This document shows positions 38,289 to 51,325 of a stretch of DNA of 64,000 bases, piece by piece. The position numbers and the translations under genes were made by a program. Position 1 is the first letter of the stretch, and each line of letters opens with the position of its first letter. Under the pieces are notes generated by a model. The model did no database searches. It was not told where the DNA came from and saw only the letters and a list, made by a program, of their open reading frames with translations. The stretch covers positions 186,001-250,000 of the forward strand of contig NIVC01000625.1 of assembly GCA_002269645.1 (NCBI GenBank), written 5' to 3'. This DNA comes from Macrostomum lignano. Lineage: Eukaryota.

Positions 38289-38857
38289 GATGAGGGAGGA
38301 CTCTGCAAGTGCAGTGAGGCTTGCACACTGAATGACTGAACACGTGTGACAACTTTCGCTAGTCACTATCTGTTGTCCTCCTGTTGTCCGTTTGCACACG
38401 CGGCATTAACCAGCTCTGGAGTGGCGGCAACCTGACGCGTTAGCTAAATTACATGTACAAGCTGGTTAATCGCATGTGACTCGCATTCCTCTCATACTAC
38501 CGTATTTGCAGTACACTTGCATGCTATTCTCAAGTACATGTCATTGTCTAACTCACATTAGTGCCTCAGAACAAGTAGACTTAATTATGTTCATCTGATT
38601 TTATACTTTGCTTTTCGTTGACTTACGAACTTCGCAGTCTTAAGAAATGTTAAGCATTAACTTTAGATAATTAGAGTCGAATATATGAATTTGAATGCTA
38701 TGTCTGATCAATTCGCAAGTTCGAAGAAAATCAGTTGAGCCGGTTTTGCTAAAATCGATCACATACCTACCTGGATACCGACAGACCATTTTTATTATAT
38801 GGATTTAACATTACAAGCTTCAAGTTCGGTAAACGCGACTCTAACACGGAGTTTGAC

Positions 38858-39100
38858 TCTAAGGGTGAGTTAGACACGACTATAGGGTTGAGTTAGACAC
38901 GACTCTAGGGGTGAGTTAGACACTACTTCAGGGGTGAGTTGGACACGACTCTAAGGGGAGTTAGACACGACTTTAGGGGTGAGTTAGACACTAATCTAAG
39001 GGTGAGTTAGACACTCTAGGAGTGAGTTAGACACAGGGTGAGTTACACTCGATTTGGGTGAGTTACAATCTACTCTAGGGATGAGTTAGACACGACTCGA
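38858..39100. repeat. Degenerate minisatellite, about 23 bp (gactctaggggtgagttagacac), about 11 copies
   Basis: Recurring gtgagttagacac core. Confidence 0.85.
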
Positions 39101-40293
39101 GATTAATTTAGAAAATGTAAAAAACCAAAAAGTTTAACAGGAGAGCATTTTGCTTATCTAATTTATCTAGAACAGACTTTGCTTATTACTTTAAGTAGTT
39201 TGGTGGACAATAAGTGGAATATCGATTTGCATTTGAAACATACTCGACTGATGTATTTAACTTGTTAAATCTCCTATTCAAATCGTCTTTAGGCACGTCT
39301 TTTAATTTTTTGCTAACCATAACCATCCACAAGCCTATAATGGTGATGGCTTCCGTGCTCACATCTCACTCTCTGATCCTCATTCTCCTCAAACTTCCGA
39401 TAGATCTTACCTAGCACTTTCTCCTGAAGGCTCGTCTTATTCTTACTTCAAGTGGTAACATTCTTTTCTTGCACTTCTATATATAAATTTCTTAAACTCT
39501 TGTCTTTCAGCAGAAGAAAAAGTTTTAACTTTTCCCTGGTTTTCCCATGGATTCCCCCGTGGCTTTCCCTACACCGCTCCCGGGGCTTGCCCATGGGAAG
39601 TTCCCTAAGACGTGTGTGCAGTCCAGTTGTCTCTCATCCAATAAGAATGCGTCGGATGAACTCCTCTGTACTCCGTGTGTGCGATTTGTACGGAGCTTTA
39701 GTTCCATATTTCTCTAATCTAATAATAGCTCTCTACGGCTTCAAACATCCACCTGTGGATGGAGCTGGCTGTGGTTTTCCACAGAGCCTGCTTCGAACAA
39801 CGAGAGGACCCTATACTACTCTAGGAAATTATTTTAGAAAATTAACAAATATTTTTTAACACCGAAACACGTGCCGAGCACCAGACTCAGGGATTTGCTG
39901 AGCTGCTGGATAATTTGCAGTTGGAGACTGTTGCGACTTTTATATTAATGATGAAGTTGTTAGATTTTGCAAGACAAGCATTGCATGAATATACCCGGAT
40001 GGAGCTAGTGCAGATATTAGAAGTTTAGCAACTAACTTCGCTATTAACCTCTCAGTAAGCATAATTAACAAGAACAGAACGACGCGCATAAAAAGCTACT
40101 TCAACAGCGAATTGTTTTGATGCAGAGTTAAGCAGAAAGAAGAGTTCGGTGATGCTGCAAGCGTTCATTCAAGCTTGACAGCGTCACCTTCTGGATATAA
40201 ACATTTGATCATACAGTTTGGAAAATCCACCTTACTAATAATAGTAAAAATACTAAAAACAGTATTAATAATATAATAAATATAACTATAGTA

Positions 40294-41070
40294 TTAGGCG
40301 TGGTTGATATTCGGTTTATACATGTACTTGTAAACAGCATTTGGGGGTACATTAAATACATTTTTAATACATTCAGTACTACGAATTTTTACAAGAAAAA
40401 TTGGGCGTCTATCATAGCTAGGCTGAGACACATAAAAGCCATGCTTCTCGAGTTCGTTTGTGAGTTTAGTACTGTAGTTATCGATAACGAAAATCCGACC
40501 TCCGAGGCTGAGGATCTTCGGCACGGCCTGACCCAGAAGCTCGATCTTGTCCACCGCCCGGGCGTAGCTGGAAATCACTAGATCGAACTGCATTCCGTGT
40601 TCGATGCAGTACTCCACGTAGTCGGCACAGTCTCCTTTGTACATAGTCCAGTGGACAGCAATATTTGATTCGCACATAGCCATGAGCTGATTTACTTCTG
40701 TTTCAAAAGGCTTCATGTCCCAGGACGCCAAATCTACTCCGGTGCAGATTATCTCCAGCGGTGCGCCAGCAGACGCGTCGGCGAAGGCCCTGACGGCAGC
40801 CAGCAGGTCTGTGCCGGGTCCCGAGCCCAGAGACAGGACTCTGAGGCTGAGCTGAGGCACTGGCAGCCGTGGCCAGTTCTGGTTCATCATTCTGGCACCC
40901 AAACAGTGGAAGAGACCTTTTACCTCAGAAGCGATGCATCTGTAGCAGCCCAGAGCTTTTCGTACCATTTCTTTTGTGTATGAGTCTCGGAACTCCTGTT
41001 GATGGTAGTAGTCCAGTTGGTCCTTGTTGTGCTCCTGCTGCCAGTTCTCGTAATTGGAGCTGTATGCCAT
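40294..41070 (-). CDS. Class I SAM-dependent methyltransferase, intronless, 258 aa, substrate unknown
   Basis: Motif I LRVLSLGSGPGTDLL, motif II-like ICTGVDLASW, FDLVISSY, and LSLGGRIFVID. Confidence 0.8.
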   Translation of the reverse strand: MAYSSNYENWQQEHNKDQLDYYHQQEFRDSYTKEMVRKALGCYRCIASEVKGLFHCLGARMMNQNWPRLPVPQLSLRVLSLGSGPGTDLLAAVRAFADASAGAPLEIICTGVDLASWDMKPFETEVNQLMAMCESNIAVHWTMYKGDCADYVEYCIEHGMQFDLVISSYARAVDKIELLGQAVPKILSLGGRIFVIDNYSTKLTNELEKHGFYVSQPSYDRRPIFLVKIRSTECIKNVFNVPPNAVYKYMYKPNINHA

Positions 41071-41243
41071 CTTGAAATTTTAGTGACTTGCTATGCAGGT
41101 ATAAGCTGTTTTTTTACGCGGTCTTTTACGCTCGTATAAATGGGCCTGTGGGAATGCTAAATTTAGCTGTTGACTAACGCGCCGCAATTCATGCACAATC
41201 CGAGACGATCGTGCGGCGCTCCGGCTACACTGCCACACGGAAG

Positions 41244-41507
41244 CCACGGAAATACCATGGGGCCTTCTAATGAGACATAGATCAATGTGTTTGCATGGGA
41301 GAACTCTGCCGCAGGGAAAGCCATGGAAATACCATGGGGCCTCCTAGTGAGACATAGATCAATGTGTTTGCATGGGAGAACTCTGCCGCAGGGAAAGCCA
41401 TGGAAATACCATGGGGCCTCCTAGTGAGACATAGATCAATGTGTTTGCATGGGAGAACTCTGCCACAGGGAAAGCCACGGAAATACCATGGGGCCTCCTA
41501 GTGAGAC
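41244..41507. repeat. 77-bp tandem repeat, about 3.4 copies
   Basis: Unit ccacggaaataccatggggcctcctagtgagacatagatcaatgtgtttgcatgggagaactctgccgcagggaaag at 41244, 41321, 41398 and 41475. Confidence 0.93.
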
Positions 41508-42518
41508 TAGGCAGAGGGGGGTAAGGGGGTACACACGCGCAGTAGTGAAAGTGGGGTGAGTCAGAGGGGGGAGGACGGCCAGACCGGCCCGGCGTAGGAA
41601 AGTGCACTGACTCGCATAATCACTACAACACCTTGTATCACGCTGGAGCGTGTTTAATGTATTATTTATCGTGTGCGCATCAAACGCAAGATTTCAACAA
41701 TAGTAACTAGCGTGCATCTAACGCATTCAATGCACGGAAACCAATATGAAGGCGGTATATTTAGTGTAGTTTTAAAGATACGAGTAGTATTAATAATGTG
41801 ATGAAAATAAAAGGCACAGTAATTAACATAATAAGGAAGAAAACGTTATAGTTTTTTAAGTTCAGGTTTTAAACTCTGCTCCCGAAGTACGAGTAGTAGA
41901 TGATGTTGTAGTACACTTCGTGTAACAGCACCTCTGGAGATTTCCGACTAAAGTAGTCAGACAGCCTCTTCATGTCGACAGGTTCGATGGACTGGAAGTG
42001 TCGGACGCGTCCACCTCAGGCAATGAAAATTCTGCCCATTGACTTTAGTGTGGCATTGGAAGCGTATAGAATGATATATTCCTGCACGGTCACCAGTGCG
42101 GGAATGACATCTGCACGAGTGCGCGCTAGCGCACGAGTGCACGATGTCTTTCACGCACGAGTGAACGTGAAGGAATTCCATTGTCGGATGATTCATCGTG
42201 CAGGAATGCACAAAACCGTGCAGGAATGCATTTCTGCGCCTAATGCTTTTTCAGTGAGATTTTACCATAGACATCCATTCCTGCACGCAAAAGAGTGCAA
42301 GAATGCCATTCTTGCATGGAAAATCAGCCGACAATTCATCATCAGAATATTGATTGATGCGTCTTGTCGACATAAAATGCCGGTAGAGGGGCAGCTCAAA
42401 TGCAAATCAACGTGGCCGGAGCAAAATAATCGCCATCCCGCTTGCGAAGGGACCATAAAAGTACCGCAACAGTTTGTCGATCTCTCGCGGTGTAGCAGTT
42501 GCTAACCCGTTATAGGAC

Positions 42519-43804
42519 TTTCATTAGGACTTTAGTTGGCGGTTCTATATTTGCCAAATACACTTGTAACCCGTAACTAAAAATTGACTCGCGCAAACAG
42601 AAAAGGCGAGCAAAACCAACGCGAGCAGCCTTTAACCGGAGGGGGTGGGTGCGCGCGGACAGAGAGACGGAGGGGGGGCGCGACGGAGGGCGAGAGAGTA
42701 CATACGGAGTACAAAGCGGCCAGGCAGGGGAGCGCAAACGAAACTCGAAACTCGCTTAGACTTTGCGTGACTCACGCGATTCGTAAGTCTAGTTAAGTCG
42801 ATAAAATGTTGTCTATGGAAGAGAAGACAAAAATCAAATCTAAAAAGCTAATTTTAATGATATGGATTTCTTGCTTTATTTTTTACTAACAGTAATAGGA
42901 AATGGGCACCAGTTTTATTTTATTTTATTTTAGGAAAGTACCCAAAGAAATACATGCATGTACAAGCAAAAGATTATAATGTTTTAGAACGCGAGCAGTT
43001 GTTAACCAGTTTTTTGGCTTGACAGTTAAAAGTCGTAACAGATCAACGCAATTAAAGTAGACAATCAACCCGCACAACTCCACATTGACCCCTAAATCAC
43101 AGAACACACCAGTTGTCGTGGACATCTTAGCTGCAGGGCTGTCCCGGGGGGACAGCGGGAAGGCGCGAACGCCCATTCCGCTATGTCGTGGACATCACTA
43201 CCAATCACACCCTCAGACTTTAGCATTGATAGTATCGAGGTACTTGTTTACGTAATTCACCAACTCTTCCTTTTCTCCAGGCGAGAAGTTGGGTTGACGC
43301 TTGGTCGCCATGATCTTTGCTGTCACTTGCAGTATTAAAGATATCGTACCCTGAGATCTTTCCGATAAGTGCTTCTTACGACTGATACCGAGCAGTCGTA
43401 GGGTTAAGATTAACCTTACGAAAGACCATAGACATACGAACGTTTCGAGAAAGAGTCTTGCGCAAAGTTACGAGCTCGCAAAGTTGCGATCGATCGTACG
43501 TCGTTTCAAGTTGCGAGACTTTAGAGCAAGCCATAAGCACTTCCTCCCAACTTACGTCTATGGCCGATCGTAAGTTGCTTTCGAGAAAGACCCCCCTGGC
43601 CGCTTTGTACTCCGTGTGTACTCTCTCTCCCTCCGTCGCGCCCCTCCCCCCTCCGTCTCTCTGTCCGCGCGCACCCACCCCCTCCGGTTAAAGGCTGCTC
43701 GCGTTGGTTTTGCTCGCCTTATCTGTTTGCGCGAGTCAATTTTTAGTTACGGGTTACAAGTGTATTTGGCAAATATAGAACCGCCAACTAAAGTCCTAAT
43801 GAAA
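42519..43804. mobile_element. Foldback/MITE-like structure: inverted arms of about 205 bp enclosing a Harbinger-like remnant
   Basis: 42519-42723 is the near-exact reverse complement of 43597-43804. No TSD found. Confidence 0.8.
43213..43311 (-). pseudogene. Truncated Myb/SANT-like DNA-binding ORF of the PIF/Harbinger type
   Basis: MATKRQPNFSPGEKEELVNYVNKYLDTINAKV* resembles the RxPNFSxEEKxxLxxLVxKY start of Harbinger Myb-like proteins. It sits inside a G-rich terminus (ggggtctttctcgaaagcaacttacg on the minus strand at about 43570-43596). Confidence 0.5.
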
Positions 43805-44134
43805 TGATATCCGGATTGTCAACCGAAGAGATTGGGGCCATTTTGGATGAGCCTGACGATCTTCCGGAGTCTGTGATAGCTAGATCCAAAGGACGAGGAT
43901 ATTCTGGATTCATTGTTCCAGGCGATACCCAACTAAAAGGTTCATCTGTTTGAGCTGGAAAAAAATAGTTTCTGAAATCGAGGATGCCGCTGCTAGCAAG
44001 CCATAAGCACTTCCTCCCCAACTTACGTCTATGGCCGATCGTAAGTTGCTTTCGAGAAAGACCCCCTGAAACTGGCTTTTCGAGAAACTGGCTTAGTATT
44101 GATCTTACGCAGAGCGTAAAGTTCGTAAAGCGTA

Positions 44135-44891
44135 ATGTTGAGTGCTTAAATGGTCTATCTTTAAATATACCATTTTCCAAGCCAATTGAGCCTACGAGCA
44201 AGCAATTTAATCCTTAGTGGGAAAATCAAGCTATTGAAGACTTGCTTTCCACTGTCTATGGCCCGAAAGGGGGTCTATGAAGCAACTAATTTGAGAATTT
44301 GGGCGCGCTATTAATCCTTTCCACAGTTGTGCAAGCCTTAGACCATAGAAAAATAGCAGATTTCATCAGACAAACATGGATATGGCAGACGAAGAATTTA
44401 GCGAGCAGAGCAGTGCCGAAAGTTTTGCTTCGGGTTTGATTTGATCGGGTTTGATTTCAATCTGTCCAACACTGTTTTGAGAGATACGATTGTTCTCGGC
44501 TTATACTGTATGCCATGGTTTTGCCTTTGCCATGGGACCTGTTTTGATTGGTTTCTCTGAAATCAAAGTGTTAATGTCAATCGTTTTTTGATATCTATTT
44601 GCCATCTATTTGCTGACGTTATTTCAGTGAAGTTATTCGTGAAGGAAATACGAGCACTGCGTGTGAAAAAGATTAATTGCGCGCCCAGTTTCTCAAATTG
44701 GTTGCTCCACAGACCCCCTTTTGGGCCATAGAAAGACAAGTCTTCAATAGGTTGATTCTCCCAATATGGATTAAATTGCTTGCTCCTAGGCTCAATTGGC
44801 TTGGAAATGCTATATTTAAAGATAAACCATTTAAGCCAACCAAATGCAAATGCAGATAGACCAAATAATTAGACCATTAAGCACTCAACAT
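44135..44891. mobile_element. Diverged MITE-like element with imperfect inverted arms of about 180-220 bp
   Basis: 44135-44316 matches the reverse complement of 44671-44891 with indels. Confidence 0.75.
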
Positions 44892-44920
44892 CGATATATG
44901 AATCCTAAATTCATGACAAA

Positions 44921-45030
44921 ACCATGGGGCCTCCTAGTGAGACATACGAGCTAGGTCTGCATGTTTGCATGGGAGAACTCTGCCGCAGGGAAAGCCACGG
45001 AAATACCATGGGGACCATGGGGACCATGGG
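44921..45030. repeat. Dispersed copy of the 77-bp unit seen at 41244-41507
   Basis: accatggggcctcctagtgagacata...gcatgggagaactctgccgcagggaaagccacggaaataccatgggg. Confidence 0.88.
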
Positions 45031-46844
45031 GGACAGTCAAAACCTGGTCAGGAAGGGGGCGGCCGTCCTGACTTTCACAGTGAGGCGCTGCTGCGATCAG
45101 AGGGGCTATTCAGCATTTTGGTCGGGCCACTGCACATGGGAGCCTGTTACAGCCAACAATCAGATTGTCACAACTCATGCTGGCTACTAGCAACTCCCCA
45201 GCCACTCAGGTTCTCTCATAATCGCAGCCGAGCAGAGAAGGTGCCTTCTCAACTCTGCGGTGCTAAGAGAAATCTAAATAATAAGGTCGCTGCTCTGCGC
45301 AGAAATGAATTGAGGTGCGGGTCACACGCATCCTGTCACCCTGATCGTCTGGCGGAGGGAAGGCCTGAAGGAAGTCCTACCTACAGATGTCCCCAGACTA
45401 GAGGCTTGTGCACTGATGCACCGCAAGGAGGAGGATAATTTTTGCTAGATCCCTATATTCTCTCTCCTCTCTCTTCATCATTTTCCCCCACCCGCTCGAT
45501 CAACTCCTTCACTTTAGCAGAGCGAGCCTCTGAGCCTACTCGGGTCCGAGCCTCCACCAGAGCTGGCACTCCAGCTACTAGATCCACCAGCGTAGATTTG
45601 CTTGGTACAGTCCTCTCCATCCCTGCTTGATTAAATTTTGTTTAGTCATGTAGATGTTGTGCTTGAATTCTTCTTTGCTCACCAGTTTCGAGTGTAGAAA
45701 TTCTCCAAAAATCAAAGTCGATAGACTCTTAGTTTCTTCCAGTGGTCGCTGGATACTACTTACAGTAATCAGGCGCACCCTGCAGCAACTTGCTGGACCC
45801 AGCCAGATCCAGATAGTTGATAGTACAAAGCTGCATTTCCCGCTCAGCATCCTGCACAGCATCCAGGCAGACCCCCGGCAGCCTTGTCAGCGGGCTGTCT
45901 GACAGCGAATCGCTCGAGCACTTTTTAACCCCGGGCGTTGGCAGACTCGACAGCTGGGTCCGGATGAGCTGCTGCCGGTAATGAATCGGCACAACAATGA
46001 CCCCGGAGAGGCAGGCAGGCCGAGTGTTCATTATCTGCGCGGCTTTGCCGAAATCTTCTTCTGGGGGCAAAGTCCGACTTTCACTCCGTGCCCGGCTTCC
46101 CACCCCCAACCGCAGAGGCAGCGGAGAGCGGGGGCAACGCCGCATTCGCCTCCTCCACTCCAGCTCCGATGCCCCCCGCTGCCAGCAAGCCTGCGGAACA
46201 CGCCCTGCAAAGAGGATTAAACAAGCAAAAGAAGAAGAGAGCTGCGGAAGCCAGCGGAATTCCTGAAGCCGCAACTGCAGGTGGCTGCAGCCCCCCCGAG
46301 CCGACGGCCTCCGCACTGATAGTTTTCTCCCGTACTGGATCAACAGCCCGCAGAAAGTTCCCACGGCACAAAAACTTCTACAGGCCTTCAACTCGCCAAG
46401 TTGCTTTGCCGCTGACAGGGAATCAGGGCTGAAGAAGACGCGAACTCGAACCTCTCACCGATGTTGCCAAGCCAGTAGGTTACGATTAACAAAACTTCAA
46501 GTTTAATGCCGAGAAGTTGCTGATTTTAATTTTTTTTTCAAAGCTAGCAAAAGATTTTGTACAGTTCTGCACAGTTTTAGCGACACAAAAAGACGCGGAA
46601 GTGCAGGAAATGTCAGCGGCAGCTGGGACGGGCCATTCCATCATCTTTTTTATCGGTGTGTTTCAATTTTCTGTGCTGCAGTAGTCGAAAAGTGCTGCTG
46701 CTAATGCTGCTGTAGGTTATTTTGCAACTGCCGTCAGACCCTCAATGAATTTGGCCTCTCCCATGTTTGCAGCTCTGCACCTGTTCAGCAACTTTATGGT
46801 CTGGTGTCATGCAAGACAACAGTCTTACTGCTTTCACAAGTTCA

Positions 46845-47277
46845 GTCACTGTGCAGTCACAACCCCCAGGTCTTGTGCAGTCAAACTTCAGCTCCTGTGC
46901 AGTCACAGCCTTCAGCTCCTGTGCAGTCACAAACTTCAGTTCCTGTGCAGTCACAAACTTCAGTTCCTGTGCAATCATGATCTTCAGTTCCTGTGCAGTC
47001 ACAACCTTCATGCAGTCACAACCTTCATGCAGTCACAACTTTCATGCAGTCACAACCTTCATGCAGTCACAACCTTCATGCAGTCACAACCTTCATGCAG
47101 TCACAACCTTCATGCAGTCACAACCTTCATGCAGTCACAACCTTCATGCAGTCACAACCTTCATGCAGTCACAACCTTCATGCAGTCACAACCTTCATGC
47201 AGTCACAACCTTCATGCAGTCACAACCTTCATGCAGTCACAACCTTCATGCAGTCACAACCTTCATGCAGTCACAAG
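46845..47277. repeat. Compound minisatellite: 24-bp units grading into 17-bp units (ccttcatgcagtcacaa)
   Basis: Both unit types share the tgcagtcaca core. Confidence 0.9.
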
Positions 47278-47776
47278 CAGCAGCCACAGAGCGATCATGA
47301 GCTTAAGCGATTTGTCAGCCCAGCTAACCTTACAGCCCGGCAGCACTCTTGCTGTATATTTGATTAACCCCCCTCTCAAGTCTCCCGCAGTCAGTCGATG
47401 GAATGGCATTCGATGCGTGCACGGGCAGCCCGAACTCCCGGCTGCAATAGCAGACACTGATACAAACTGTTCAAGTCAATTCGCTTTATCTGAATTACCG
47501 CCAGGGTCTGCAAGGGCCAGACATTAACTCGCACTTGCAATCGGTCATTAGCGCTGGATCCCGCTAGTTCCGCTTCCCATCCCAGCTTTTCTCTCTTTTG
47601 ATTGCTGTTGGCAGGAATCGTTCCTGACGCCCGCTTTCTACACTTCGCCGCCGAAAATTAGTGGCTTGCTGACCCCGAATGCGAGCCCTTGCACCTGCTG
47701 CTGGCGGCCTTTTAGTACATAATTATTGCTGCACTTCAGAATCTCCATGCTGCTTGGCTGCCTGTTAGACAGATCG

Positions 47777-50606
47777 TCTTGTCCATCTCATCCCCTACTG
47801 TCTTGTCCATCTCATCCCCTACTGTCTTGTCCAGCTCATCCCATACTGTCTTGTCCATCTCATCCCATACTGTCTTGTACATCTCATCCCCTACTGTCTT
47901 GTCCATCTCATCCCCTACTGTCTTGTCCATCTCATCCCCTACTGTCTTGTCCATCTCATCCCCTACTGTCTTGTCCATCTCATCCCCTACTGTCTTGTCC
48001 ATCTCATCCCATACTGTCTTGTCCATCTCATCCCATACTGTCTTGTCCATCTCATCCCCTACTGTCTTGTCCATCTCATCCCCTACTGTCTTGTCCATCT
48101 CATCCCATACTGTCTTGTCCATCTCATCCCCTACTGTCTTGTCCATCTCATCCCCTACTGTCTTGTCCATCTCATCCCATACTGTCTTGTCCATCTCATC
48201 CCATACTGTCTTGTCCATCTCATCCCATACTGTCTTGTCCATCTCATCCCCTACTGTCTTGTCCATCTCATCCCATACTGTCTTGTCCATCTCATCCCCT
48301 ACTGTCTTGTCCATCTCATCCCCTACTGTCTTGTCCATCTCATCCCCTACTGTCTTGTCCATCTCATCCCATACTGTCTTGTCCATCTCATCCCATACTG
48401 TCTTGTCCATCTCATCCCCTACTGTCTTGTCCATCTCATCCCCTACTGTCTTGTCCATCTCATCCCATACTGTCTTATCCATCTCATCCCATACTGTCTT
48501 GTCCATCTCATCCCCTACTGTCTTGTCCATCTCATCCCCTACTGTCTTGTCCATCTCATCCCATACTGTCTTGTCCATCTCATCCCCTACTGTCTTGTCC
48601 ATCTCATCCCCTACTGTCTTGTCCATCTCATCCCATACTGTCTTGTCCATCTCATCCCATACTGTCTTGTCCATCTCATCCCCTACTGTCTTGTCCATCT
48701 CATCCCCTACTGTCTTGTCCATCTCATCCCATACTGTCTTGTCCATCTCATCCCCTACTGTCTTGTCCATCTCATCCCCTACTGTCTTGTCCATCTCATC
48801 CCATACTGTCTTGTCCATCTCATCCCATACTGTCTTGTCCATCTCATCCCATACTGTCTTGTCCATCTCATCCCATACTGTCTTGTCCATCTCATCCCAT
48901 ACTGTCTTGTCCATCTCATCCCATACTGTCTGTCTTGTCCAGCTCATCCCATACTGTCTTGTCCATCTCATCCCCTACTGTCTTGTCCATCTCATCCCAT
49001 ACTGTCTTGTCCATCTCATCCCATACTGTCTTGTCCATCTCATCCCATACTGTCTTGTCCATCTGATCCCATACTGTCTTGTCCATCTCATCCCATACTG
49101 TCTTGTCCATCTCATCCCCTACTGTCTTGTCCATCTCATCCCCTACTGTCTTGTCCATCTCATCCCCTACTGTCTTGTCCATCTCATCCCCTACTGTCTT
49201 GTCCATCTCATCCCCTACTGTCTTGTCCATCTCATCCCATACTGTCTGTCTTGTCCATCTCATCCCATACTGTCTGTCTTGTCCATCTCATCCCATACTG
49301 TCTTGTCCATCTCATCCCATACTGTCTTGTCCAGCTCATCCCATACTGTCTGTCTTGTCCATCTCATCCCATACTGTCTGTCTTGTCCATCTCATCCCAT
49401 ACTGTCTTGTCCATCTCATCCCATACTGTCTTGTCCATCTCATCCCATACTGTCTTGTCCATCTCATCCCATACTGTCTTGTCCATCTCATCCCATACTG
49501 TCTTGTCCATCTCATCCCATACTGTCTTGTCCTTCTCATCCCATACTGTCTTGTCCATCTCATCCCATACTGTCTTGTCCATCTCATCCCATACTGTCTT
49601 GTCCATCTCATCCCATACTGTCTTGTCCATCTCATCCCCTACTGTCTTGTCCATCTCATCCCCTACTGTCTTGTCCATCTCATCCCCTACTGTCTTGTCC
49701 ATCTCATCCCCTACTGTCTTGTCCATCTCATCCCCTACTGTCTTGTCCATCTCATCCCATACTGTCTGTCTTGTCCATCTCATCCCATACTGTCTGTCTT
49801 GTCCATCTCATCCCATACTGTCTTGTCCATCTCATCCCATACTGTCTTGTCCAGCTCATCCCATACTGTCTGTCTTGTCCATCTCATCCCATACTGTCTG
49901 TCTTGTCCATCTCATCCCATACTGTCTTGTCCATCTCATCCCATACTGTCTTGTCCATCTCATCCCATACTGTCTTGTCCATCTCATCCCATACTGTCTT
50001 GTCCATCTCATCCCATACTGTCTTGTCCATCTCATCCCATACTGTCTTGTCCATCTCATCCCATACTGTCTTGTCCATCTCATCCCATACTGTCTTGTCC
50101 ATCTCATCCCATACTGTCTTGTCCATCTCATCCCATACTGTCTTGTCCATCTCATCCCATACTGTCTGTCTTGTCCATCTCATCCCCTACTGTCTGTCTT
50201 GTCCATCTCATCCCATACTGTCTGTCTTGTCCAGCTCATCCCATTCTGTCTGTCTTGTCCATCTCATCCCCTACTGTCTGTCTTGTCCATCTCATCCCCT
50301 ACTGTCTGTCTTGTCCATCTCATCCCCTACTGTCTGTCTTGTCCATCTCATCCCATACTGTCTGTCTTGTCCATCTCATCCCATACTGTCTTGTCCATCT
50401 CATCCCATACTGTCTGTCTTGTCCATCTCATCCCCTACTGTCTGTCTTGTCCATCTCATCCCATACTGTCTTGTCCATCTCATCCCATACTGTCTGTCTT
50501 GTCCAGCTCATCCCATACTGTCTGTATGCAGTCATGGCACGCATTGCCATGACTGCATACATTGGTCATAGCATTGTCCAGCTCATCCCATACTGTCTGT
50601 CTTGTC
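47777..50606. repeat. 24-bp minisatellite (ctgtcttgtccatctcatcccata / ...cccta) with 28-bp variants, about 115 copies
   Basis: Direct tandem units. The tgtc-insertion variants are concentrated to the right. Confidence 0.97.
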
Positions 50607-51325
50607 CAGTGCAGAAAAACGGTTGTCAATCAGCCTCGCAGACGACCCGCGCGCAGCAGAAGTGCACCAGTGCCGCCTGCACCCCAGACCCCGGTTAATT
50701 TATGCCAGTTTGCCACCAAAGAATGTTCCCATTGTCCCCACCTCCTCCGCGCAAGAATCCCAGTGTTCCCAGCACACATCCCGAGTCCCAGAAAAAAAAC
50801 CTTTTCAGTCTGCTGCGGAGGTTGATGAGCGACAAGCGGGGGGGGGGCACCCGCACCCGCTTGACTGATGGCCCCCTCCGCTTCCCTGTTGGATGGCTTT
50901 TAAAAATCGAAAATTCGGAAATTCATTTGAAAACCAACTCGAGCGCTGACTGACAATGGGACTCGCGACAATCTCGACCTACCTGCTGAAAGCAGACTCG
51001 ATTAGCAATTGGGACAAGACAGGAACAGTTTCATTCAGGCTGCATTTAGAAGGCAATTGCGAGTCGGACAGACCAGCACAACGTACGCAGCAATGCTTAA
51101 AAGCAATACAAATCTATTTAATAGAAAGTACATCAAGACCTTCAGTCAGGATTTTAAGATTGCATTCCGATAAAAAATTAGCAAGTGGAAAAATTTGCCC
51201 ACAATTTTGCAAAGCTTTGGCTGACTGGTTTTGCCGGGGCTGCGGGCGCGCGTTGAAGGTCGCTGGGGATGTACATCGAATTCATTCACAGTGTGTAAAG
51301 TCCGCAGAGTCCATCTCGGCGAGAA

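Noticed and set aside
45240-46432. Cluster of short ORFs that might be a transposase or gag remnant
   Set aside because: No frame gave a recognisable motif (no DDE, RT or zinc knuckle), so it is left unassigned.
47726-50698. Very long ORFs (up to 930 aa) such as SISSHTVL and VWDEMDKT repeats
   Set aside because: They are translations of a 24-bp non-coding minisatellite that happens to lack stops; several frames on both strands are open.
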